DNA of 64,000 nt, taken from NCBI GenBank assembly GCA_051362555.1, contig CM120640.1, positions 41,704,788 to 41,768,787 on the forward strand. The letters are read 5' to 3'. This stretch comes from Lingula anatina (taxonomy: Eukaryota > Animalia > Brachiopoda). The notes below the pieces were generated by a model that ran no database searches, was not told where the DNA came from, and was given only the letters and a program-made list of their open reading frames with translations. A program made the translations under genes and the position numbers. This document shows, piece after piece, positions 54,915-64,000 of the stretch. Numbering within the stretch: the stretch's first letter is position 1; each line of letters opens with the position of its first letter.

Positions 54915-55087
54915 GTAAGTGGCTGTGGCTGATTTCTATCAAAAGAAGCTTTGGATTTAAGTTAAATATATGTTCACTCCTGTATATAAATGTTCCTTGG
55001 TACATGCTGCGATGGATTTCGAAGAGTGTATTAATATGAACTAATTAATTCAACTACTATTTCCGCAAATCTGGAATGCACTAGCAG

Positions 55088-55092
<5 letters not shown>

Positions 55093-55132
<40 letters not shown>
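55093..55132. repeat. (AG)n microsatellite
   Basis: About 20 AG units. Confidence 0.9.
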
Positions 55133-55135
<3 letters not shown>

Positions 55136-55428
55136 ATTAAATCTCTGGTTGAAAGATATATATTCAAATTCTCCAATATCTACTGTATAAATAACGTGAG
55201 ATAATGTTGTCCTAAATATTATCATTGTTTGGCATTGAGCTTTGAATGCACTGGAGTGTATCAAGCAGAATACACCCGTTTTCATGTATCCAGATGTGTT
55301 TTATTCAGGTAAGGCTAATCTCGACTGCAATCAAAATACAGGAAGTCTGCTCCAATCTGTCAGTGAAGCAGCTTCCATAAACTCACTAAGACCTCATTTT
55401 TGCTACTTTTCCTTTCTGATCATGTAGG

Positions 55429-56589
55429 ATGAGTGAAAGCAAGGGTAAAATGGCCAGCTTGTCGATGCCGGAGCCCCAAGTACAGCGAGCTCTGATTGAG
55501 CCCATGTTCCATCGGCCGTACATGGAGGGCGATTTCTGGTATGGCATAACGTTGGAATGGATGCACAGCTGGAAAACGTACGTCGGGATTCTGTCGAAGA
55601 AAGGCAGTCGTCCTGCCGGTCGTCGTGGGGAACGAGAAAAATCTTCAGACGGACAGGGTGCCAGCGGGGGAAGCGGTGGACCGCCCGGGGGAATCTTCAC
55701 AGCCAAACTCCAGCACTCCCACGGTCTCGCCATGGTCCCCGAAGACGCGTGGAACACTCTTTTCGGCTGGTATGGACTAGCAGACGGACACCACATTGAG
55801 AAATGCGCAGTGTATAACTATGGAGACAAGGTTGAGATCGAAGTGAACCACAACCCCTTCAAAGTGATGTTATCCAACTCTCTCAAGGACCCTGCCTGCG
55901 AGTGTCACATTATTCGTTTTAGCAAGGCGGAAAGGGTGGGGCACATTGAGTGGAAGATTCGCGAAACTTTTCACGTGAAGCGAAGCGTTCAGACTCGACT
56001 GTGGGGCCGACTGGAAGGGGAAGACTGGCAACCATTGTTTGACAGGGAAAAAACAATAGGAAAACTATTAGACATTGATTCAGACTTCATAAAGCCTGAT
56101 TTAGCCTTAGAGGTATCGGACGCAGACAGCATTTGGAGAGGTCGACCTGCACGTGCTGAAAACACGCAAATGAACGCTGTGGGACAATTTTACAAATTTT
56201 CAATTTTTGAGGACTTGAGTCAATCTTGGGAGAAAGACGTTCACGATCAAATCGATCTCATCGGTAGGAACCTGATTCAGAAAATGCACCAGAATTTCAA
56301 CAATTTCATGAACAGAGCGAGAGACAATCTCACAGAGAGAGAACTAGGCATTCAAGATAGCGAGAGGCACTTAGAAGAAAGAGAAAATGAAATCGGAGAA
56401 AAGATGAAGTTACTGGAAGAAAGGGAAGTAAAACTCGGGGCTCAAATATCGCAGCACAATCAGAATGTCGTCGCTTTCAATAAAGACCGCGAGGTTATGG
56501 TGGCCCAGATGGAAGAAGAACGACAGGAATTAAAGAAGAACCGCGACGAGTTTGAAACAGAGAAAAAAGATTTTCAAGATGAGTTAAAG
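55429..56589 (+). CDS. DUSP-UBL/coiled-coil/BTB fusion protein, coding exon 1 (USP4/11/15-like DUSP and UBL, coiled coil)
   Basis: GDFWYGITLEWMHSWKTYVG, PPGGI, VPEDAWNTLFGWYG, IEV, RFSKAERVGHIEWKIRETF, QTRLW and ALEVSDADSIWR are collinear with the USP4/11/15 DUSP-UBL module; then an E/K/R-rich coiled coil; AAG|GTAGGC donor, phase 0. Confidence 0.9.
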
Positions 56590-57517
56590 GTAGGCTGATT
56601 TTGTTTAGATTCCCATGCTCCTTCCATGTATATTTAGTTCAGTGATGCCTTACCAATAGCTGTATACATACCAGGTGCATGTTTTCCAGATTTCTGATTG
56701 ACAAAAAGAAGCTTGTGCCAATGTAGTAGGGTTAAGAAAACGAAAAAGTACCTGCACAATGGCTATTTACATGTAGATTCATGAACCTTTTTGGAATGAA
56801 TCCATACGAACTGTTTATAGCGGAATATGCTATGCTTGCCTATGCTTATAGTTCATGCATTGGTTTGTACTGTGTATATTTTGGCAAGCTCATGATAGCG
56901 TCTATTTGGTAATGACCTCTATGTAATCCAGGTATAGGACGAGCACCTGCAGAACGCCGGTTGAATATTTGCAAGAAAGCCGCGGCATTTACCCATTAGA
57001 CGCGAAATGCCTATTACTTTACATCAGCAGGTTTCACCTGTTGAGAGTTTAAAAAACTACAGGTGTCTCCTCTGACGCAATCTGTCTGAGTTCTCTATCA
57101 CATTTTGCAAGGATGGTATTTGAGGCACTGAACTTCTGATCTTCCAAAAAAGAATACTTTTTGACACGTGCATCTTTAACGAAATACTGGGCATTTGACT
57201 ACTGAACTATATTTCCAAAGGTAACTGCGTTACTCATAATTAGCCATAGCCAACCCTGAAATGTCGAGTCCCTTTCTCCCCTCCCTCCAATCTGGGAATT
57301 AAGTCGTAGAATGTATGCTCTTATTAAATGTTGGACCTCCATGCTCCATGCTCTCTCCTATCAAATTTTTGGATAAACTTTTCAGGATATTAAATTCAAA
57401 GAGAACATTGTTGAGCTGTTTGCGCGCAATGCAGTCACATGTTCAATTAAATTGCCTTATCACAACTTTAGTAATATATTCATTTATATGTATATTCATT
57501 ATTATAACTTTTTTCAG

Positions 57518-58099
57518 AGGATGTCCCAGCTGCATCGAATCCAGGAATCGCGGGTGAAGCTAGACATAGGCGGTCAGCAGTTCACGACAGCATTGCAAAC
57601 TCTGCAAAAAGAGCCATACTGCTTCTTCGCACGTATGTTCAGCGGGCGCCACAGCATGGAGACCAACGCCGACGGCAGCTATTTCATAGACCGAGACGGC
57701 ACGCACTTTCGTTATATTCTCAATTACCTAAGAGATGGGGAGGTCAAAGAAGGGACAATGCCGGACAACGAAAGTTTTTATAATGAATTGCTCATAGAAG
57801 CGGAGCACTACCAAATAAGGGGGCTTGTGGAGCACCTGAAAAACCTCATCCGCCAGTGTGGGAAACCAAAACGTCGGGTATCCCCTGGAGAATCTCCGCC
57901 GGAGAGGTCCTACAGTACGCGTGTGTCTGGAAGATCCTCCGGGGATTCTCCACCAGGCAGATCGTATAGCCCAAGGATGCCCGTGAGATCAACGGGCGAC
58001 TCTCCTATCGAGACACCGTACAGCCCGCGGACCTCGGGAAGATCATCGTACAGTTCTTACAGCTCCTCAACAGGCACCAGTTCATTCGGTGTGCGCTAG
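57518..58099 (+). CDS. DUSP-UBL/coiled-coil/BTB fusion protein, coding exon 2 (KCTD-type BTB/T1 domain and Ser/Pro/Arg-rich tail)
   Basis: TTTTCAG| acceptor, phase 0; VKLDIGGQQFTT...FFARMFSG...YFIDRDGTHFRYILNYLRDG...EAEHYQI, the KCTD BTB signature; TAG stop. Joined protein is 580 aa. Confidence 0.92.
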   Translation, partial: RMSQLHRIQESRVKLDIGGQQFTTALQTLQKEPYCFFARMFSGRHSMETNADGSYFIDRDGTHFRYILNYLRDGEVKEGTMPDNESFYNELLIEAEHYQIRGLVEHLKNLIRQCGKPKRRVSPGESPPERSYSTRVSGRSSGDSPPGRSYSPRMPVRSTGDSPIETPYSPRTSGRSSYSSYSSSTGTSSFGVR

Positions 58100-60341
58100 A
58101 TCACTCGGCGACAACAGTCCTTGTGGATAGAGAACATGTGCAGATGCATATAACTCTACTATTTATGCACTGTAATGAATCTGTTGGTCAATTTATGAGA
58201 AATATGCAGGCAATTTTGTACATTGCATTGCATATTCAGGGGCCCATTGGTTTCTTTTAAGAAAGTTTCAACATGCAAGTTGACAAAATAAATGAGACCA
58301 CAGCTCCCCTCACATAGCATCTAGTAAGGGGTGCAATATGGCCCCAAAACGTCCCAATATTACGACCCAGATGGAGCTGATATGGCTTATGTGTCAACTT
58401 AAAATATCTACTGATTTCTCGATAAGTGTCTCCTCGTTGAGCTATTTGTACTGATACTGATACTTTACGAGTTGAAATCAGTTCATCACTTTTTACCCGT
58501 GCATGCTGGTATTTTTGGAATATATAAATAAAGTTGACATCTATCTTAAGCACACTTGTTCATATATATATACATAGGCTATCTTGGACCAAAGTTTCGT
58601 GTTGAATTTTACTCTAAATGCAAATAGGATTATAGAATTTCATTTCATGTCCATCTGCTGTACAACTTTACCACAGAGATGACTCATGTTGCTGGTCGTT
58701 CTCAATTAGTCGTTCTCTCAATCACTACGAAACGGACGCTAACCCATGTTTTCCACACATAACGTTACTCATACCAGACTAATTTTATCTTTGGTCTTTA
58801 GTAGATCATTTTCTTCCACGACGTAAACAAAATCTGGAAATAACCAAACTTGAGGGCATAACATACACAAATAAGAAACTACCACGCGGTGTTTTGGTTC
58901 ACGGGTTTTGCATGTATTGTCACACAAATCACTGACATGTCCATAAATGTCAAAGGCACACAAACACACATACGGGAAAAAAATCGGTGGGATAATTTAT
59001 TAAGCATTTTGATGCGTCTTAAACTGTAAAAAGACAACTTGTTATGATACATAAGAGTCCTGGGGCCCATGTAATAAACGAAAACATGACATAAAATGGA
59101 ATGACAAGCGGAATGATTTTCATATTATTACGCACACACTTTGGCGATCTGTCCTAAAGTTACTCCCCAGACAGCATTAAGAAAGCTTGCTTGGAAAAAT
59201 GATCGAATCACAAACAAATCTACAAGTCTTTGAAATTACCTATGCCGTAGAATCAGAGAAAATGCAATAACACTAGTAATAATAATATTATTATAAGGCA
59301 ACATTTCAACCACACTAGGTGACAACAAGTGGGTTGTCCCATATTGCACTAGGTCACCACTCGGCATCTAGTCAAACACAGACACTGCTCCGTGACACTT
59401 AGACATACATTAAACAATACCATAGTGGATCTGGAATTTTAAAAAATTCCGACAATAGGGCGTTAAATAACAAACATGAGCCTTATCTGAGGAGCAATAA
59501 CTGAAACTCGTAACGCCATAGTAAAATTATAATACGAATACCTTGCTAAAATTAATACTTTCAAGTGGTCATATAATAAAATATCTTATCAGAGACCTAA
59601 TATTTTTTTTCTTTTCTGAAGCATCGATAAAAGTATGACATGAAAACGTTGCCAAAAGATAATATGCGGTTATAAATCAGGATACTAAAACAGTCAAATC
59701 AATGTGTCAACTAGCAAATCACAGATTGTGTTAATACATAACTAAAGTTAGGAAAATCCCCATCTAATCAAAAATCACATTACTCACAGATAAACTCGAC
59801 CATAGGAACAGAAACCTTAGTCCATCTCTTAACAAAGGTCAACGTCAATCCGAATACGGTCATTTGTAAAATTATCAAGTGCTCATTCGTACATCAACTT
59901 CCAAGCCATAGCACCCGTCCATTAAGTTTAACCACTTTTACGTGCTAAAATTATTCGAGTATTTGTGTGGATAATATAAATATACGCACTAATAACATTT
60001 ATATACCTCTGGAGATCTCGGTGCGATTGCTAATAGAAATGGAATGGGATTTTGTTTTGATACACAGTGTCTTCTGTATAATAATAATAATAATTATAAG
60101 ACTAGGCTTCGTGTATATAAAATGTAAATAACCTAGTTTTTCAGCAAGGAAGCCTCAAATCGCGTTCGTTGTGATCTTGCATAAAGTAACCTTTAGCGCA
60201 CATTGTTTTAACGTCCAATGTACATCGTTTTGCAATACAGGTACATCACATAAAATGCTTGCACAACCATTTTGAAAATATTTCCAAACGTTCTACTTCT
60301 CATGCTACATTTAACTCTTGTCAAAACAAGAATGCTCCCCA

Positions 60342-63299
60342 TCACGCAGCGCTCGCCTTGGCCTGCTTTTTCATTTGATGTTTTTGTTTCCTTTTGCGGA
60401 TACATTTGACAATTTTATAAAAGAAAAAAGACGGCAGCGTGAGCGGGAGAAAGAGACAACAGGTGCACCACCAGCAGTATCCCTTATGATCTGGATCTAT
60501 ACAGTCATACTCCTCCTCATCATCATATGGGGGGTCCGCCAGCAGACTGTTCTCCGGTTGGGCCCTACTCCACGGCGTGTTATCATCCATATAGGACGGC
60601 ACGGGCTCGACGTCATCGCTTCCCGTGCTAATGTCACTGAGGGGTGGGGCATTCGCCGCAGTGCGTTTAAGGTTCGAAACCCCCGACAGAGACTCAGTAT
60701 CAGAGAGCTCGCTCACAACAGCGATCAAACTCTCGGAGTCTTTTCTTGATCTGTGACGTTTTGGGGCTGGAGACCCGTATGAGACAAGTGACTGAGTGTC
60801 GTCATCTAGTTGTGGGTTAAAAATAGATGATGTTTGAGAGACAGGCCTGGGTTTATATTGAGAGGGACTGGGGCGTCTCTCCTCCGCAGCTATCTTCTGG
60901 GCGAACCGCTCATCCTCTTTTTCTAATTCAAAAGTTTCAAAAAGTTTCTGCGCTAGTTTCGCGTCTTCCTTTATCTGGATTTGCCTGTCGAGTTCCAATC
61001 GCCGTTGTTGCTCCCGTTCCATAAGCACTCGTTTTATAGTGCTTGCTTGTTCGGGGTCCTCCGGTTGACAGAAATTCATCTCTGCATCAGTCACAAGAAC
61101 GGACTGAGGGTCCGGTGTTGGTGTTCTGTCCACGATGTTCAGCGTTTCAGGTTGGGATATTTTACTCGTTAACGATGTCGTTGATCCCAGATCGTTAGTT
61201 GTAGTGCCGATTGCGTCAGAGGAGCCCTGGTCTGACAAAGGAAGGCTGGAAAAAGGCGCATTGGGCTCGTTTGTAGGTGTAGTGGGTTCTGCATTTGGGT
61301 CCTTCTGTAGGTTTTTCACCACTGTGGTAAGACTAAGGGCGTTTTCTGTTTCATAATCGATCAACAGTGGCTGGGTCTCCACCGCTGTTTCTGGGTATTC
61401 GTGTATTTTGTCGTTTTCAGTTGGACTTTCCTCTTGTTGAAAATCGGATGACTGGAAGGGGGCATTTGGGTCTGTTGTCTCAGCCACTAATTCATCGCGT
61501 TTGGAATAGTTAGCAACTAAAGTGGTAAGTCCCATATTATCCGTAACGTCTATCGGTTGGTCTTCATTGTCATCGTCTATCAGACTCCAGCCTGGAGCGC
61601 CCGGTTCCTTACGACGAGGGCTGCTCGCTGATGCCTCGCTAAAATGTCTCACTAAAGTCGCAAGCCCTGCATTTTCACCGATCGGAATGTTTTCTAAATC
61701 AAATTCATCCTCTAGCGTAGGTGCGGCTCCGTCCGCTGGTGGATAATATATTGGAATGGATTCCACGGATTCTGATCCCACTGAACTAGTATTCATGGAG
61801 CGAAACACCTCGTCGCCATCGTCTTCATCTGGGGTCAAACTTGCAAGGGGTTCGCCATGCTCGGCGTTTTCTAACAAACGGTCGTGAACATCCTGTGCCA
61901 AGTGCTCTCCGCCGTTGTCGCAAATCTGAATGAAGCTATCTTCAGGCGGGGTTCGGCTGGACGTGTCATTTGTGTCTGTCGTACTGGTAGGACTGCGACT
62001 GCTGGTCGAGGAAGACTGCCCGCCTTGGGCCACGTACTCGTGTTCATCAGGAAGAGTGGCGTACTGGAACTCGGAGTTTGACCTCAGCAAGCAAGAGTCC
62101 GGAAATTCCACCAGGTGCACATTTAGCGATTTGTCCTGCACTGTCTCTGCCGAGCGAGCTCTCCGCACTGTTGAATCGTCAATATGTTTCTTCCTCTGTT
62201 GCGGAGACATTGCCTCGTCCCCTGTGCTACTTCTACGCTTTAAAGTAGAGTCCTCATAATCATCGGGGTCATCACGTTCTTGGCTGTCGCCCCGGATGGG
62301 CAGGGTAGACGCACATTCGTACTCCCCGCCTTTTAGGGTATGATCCTCGAAGCTATCATCAAGTTGATCCCCGTCAGAGCTACGGGTTTCGTCCAGTCTT
62401 TCCGAGCTAGAATCTTCCACGTCATCCCAGTATAGAATTCTATTCACTTCCCCGCGGACTTGAACGACCGGGGGTCGATTCTCGGGGTCTTTTTGGAGCA
62501 TGTAATGGATTAAGGAGGCCATCTCGTATTTGACAAAACGCTCAGAGTGCGATAGTTGATCTACCTGTGGTAAAAATGTGTTTGGATTGTTGGTCAGGAA
62601 TTGCCAGACTGGTTGTTTTGAACCCCCAGCGTCAACCAAAGGAGCTATCAGTTCACGGCCATCTGGCAGTGTGTGAATAGTGTGACAGAGGATGGCAACG
62701 TAAATGAGGCCTAAAGAAAACACGTCCCCTTTCGCATCGTACTGACCCTCATTAACCTCGGGTGCCATGAAATAATTAGTTCCCCAGTTTGTTTTAGCAT
62801 ACCCAGCTGAGAAGTCTTTCAAGGACACATCCTCACTTTTACCAATGAACTTCGACAGTCCGAAATCAGACAGTTTTACTACATATTGTCCGCTGACGCA
62901 GTCAATGAGGACGTGCTCGGGCTTGAGATCTCTATGAATAAGGCCCTTAGAGTGTAGATAGGCCAGTCCTACAGCTAATTGGTGCATAAAACCGTAAACC
63001 GTGCGGTGATTATCATCTGCGAAGTTCAGCAGGTATTGATTTAGATCTCCTGCTGTACAATACTCCATTACAACACACGCCTCATTCTCTCCAGAAGGAA
63101 ACCAGTCAAATCTTAGAATATTGTCGTGTTTGGGGACGTTATTTATTATCCCTAATTCTCTCAGCATGGCGGAGCGATTGACATCCGTGCACTTAATTAC
63201 CTTGACTGCATAGTCTTTGTCTCCCTTTTTAGCCAGATAAACGTCTCCAAACTCTCCTCCACCTAATCTCTCAACAGGCTGGTACCCCTTCCTCTCCAT
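60342..63299 (-). CDS. PDIK1L/STK35-like Ser/Thr protein kinase with long acidic disordered region and Cys-rich hydrophobic C-terminus
   Basis: 985-aa uninterrupted ORF; GGGEFGDV, YAVK, MEYCTAGDLNQYLL, HRDLKPEH, DFG and GTNYFMAPEV..G.Y.AKGDVFSLG resemble the PDIK1L/STK35 family; kinase domain is about the first 290 aa. Confidence 0.92.
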   Translation of the reverse strand: MERKGYQPVERLGGGEFGDVYLAKKGDKDYAVKVIKCTDVNRSAMLRELGIINNVPKHDNILRFDWFPSGENEACVVMEYCTAGDLNQYLLNFADDNHRTVYGFMHQLAVGLAYLHSKGLIHRDLKPEHVLIDCVSGQYVVKLSDFGLSKFIGKSEDVSLKDFSAGYAKTNWGTNYFMAPEVNEGQYDAKGDVFSLGLIYVAILCHTIHTLPDGRELIAPLVDAGGSKQPVWQFLTNNPNTFLPQVDQLSHSERFVKYEMASLIHYMLQKDPENRPPVVQVRGEVNRILYWDDVEDSSSERLDETRSSDGDQLDDSFEDHTLKGGEYECASTLPIRGDSQERDDPDDYEDSTLKRRSSTGDEAMSPQQRKKHIDDSTVRRARSAETVQDKSLNVHLVEFPDSCLLRSNSEFQYATLPDEHEYVAQGGQSSSTSSRSPTSTTDTNDTSSRTPPEDSFIQICDNGGEHLAQDVHDRLLENAEHGEPLASLTPDEDDGDEVFRSMNTSSVGSESVESIPIYYPPADGAAPTLEDEFDLENIPIGENAGLATLVRHFSEASASSPRRKEPGAPGWSLIDDDNEDQPIDVTDNMGLTTLVANYSKRDELVAETTDPNAPFQSSDFQQEESPTENDKIHEYPETAVETQPLLIDYETENALSLTTVVKNLQKDPNAEPTTPTNEPNAPFSSLPLSDQGSSDAIGTTTNDLGSTTSLTSKISQPETLNIVDRTPTPDPQSVLVTDAEMNFCQPEDPEQASTIKRVLMEREQQRRLELDRQIQIKEDAKLAQKLFETFELEKEDERFAQKIAAEERRPSPSQYKPRPVSQTSSIFNPQLDDDTQSLVSYGSPAPKRHRSRKDSESLIAVVSELSDTESLSGVSNLKRTAANAPPLSDISTGSDDVEPVPSYMDDNTPWSRAQPENSLLADPPYDDEEEYDCIDPDHKGYCWWCTCCLFLPLTLPSFFFYKIVKCIRKRKQKHQMKKQAKASAA

Positions 63300-64000
63300 C
63301 TTGACTCAGTTATATATCACAAAGACGCCAGTAGACCAACGTATCTTCTCAGATGACGCCGTTGTCTGAATATTTGAGAAAAAAGTCAACAGGTCATGAC
63401 TCGGAGACACTGAGTACAGCAGTGTAGGTCCCACCGCTTCACACTAGTAGTTAACTGCTGTCCGACAGCTTACATCCTTGTTCACCCTTCCCTAGCATTA
63501 ACGTCATGCACTACGACATGTCGGTTATTTCCATGTTACTTAAATTTCAGCAAACACACACGCACAATTTGTGTGAGTCAACACCATCAATAAATTCAGA
63601 AAACACTGAACAAAAGTAGGCCACGCTCTGTTGTGCCACACGTAGTGTATATTTATAGGGCGGCTTATCTTGACCCAGTTATTGCCGCACAGCAGGAAAA
63701 CTATTGTCATTGTATGCGAGGCCCACTTCGCTGTTGTTGTGCTGTAGGCCACAATACATCCATATTAAAGATAGGACCAAAACATTTCCGGTGGTTAAAT
63801 GGTGTAAAATCAGCTCACTTTTTCTGACGCTTCCACCATCCACATCGATTTGGCCGCGCAAAGGTTTCTATTTTGAGCCCAGTGGAAATACCTTCACCAA
63901 TGTATGTATGTATACGGACGTCCAGATCAATAATGTTATCTCGTCTGCTAATATATTGCCAGAAATATGTGCAATATTGGTGTCACAGTAATTCTAACAT

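Noticed and set aside
55429-56598. Calling this ORF USP15 or USP4
   Set aside because: No Cys-box or His-box catalytic domain follows; it splices in frame to a BTB exon instead.
60318-62259. Several plus-strand ORFs, including a 143-aa hydrophobic one
   Set aside because: Antisense shadows of the kinase ORF.

Overview
AT-rich, intron-containing animal genomic DNA, probably a marine invertebrate (lophotrochozoan-like repeats and mosaic CpG content; species not determinable). Five protein-coding loci can be read by hand. (1) The first coding exon of a PDE8-type cAMP phosphodiesterase (minus, 20677-20946); positions 1-20676 look like one long intron. (2) A four-exon frataxin gene (plus, 30651-32141). 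(3) A nine-exon, about 705-aa type I membrane protein with signal peptide, collagen, cbEGF, PAN/Apple, further EGFs, a His/Pro/Arg repeat stalk and a TM helix (minus, 32577-40295), mostly missed by the ORF track. (4) A two-exon, about 580-aa protein fusing the USP4/11/15 DUSP-UBL module, a coiled coil and a KCTD-type BTB domain, with no USP catalytic domain (plus, 55429-58099). (5) A single-ORF 985-aa PDIK1L/STK35-like kinase with HRDLKPEH in place of HRDLKPEN, MIU-like motifs and a Cys-rich hydrophobic tail (minus, 60342-63299). Non-coding DNA holds a Helentron-associated (HINE-like) element carrying a 146-bp satellite, nested PIF/Harbinger elements, several MITEs with 5-bp or 9-bp TSDs and a decayed hAT transposase. 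The best novelty candidates are the DUSP-UBL-BTB fusion with its neighbouring kinase, and the collagen-EGF-PAN membrane protein. All family calls come from motif recognition by eye; no database search was run.
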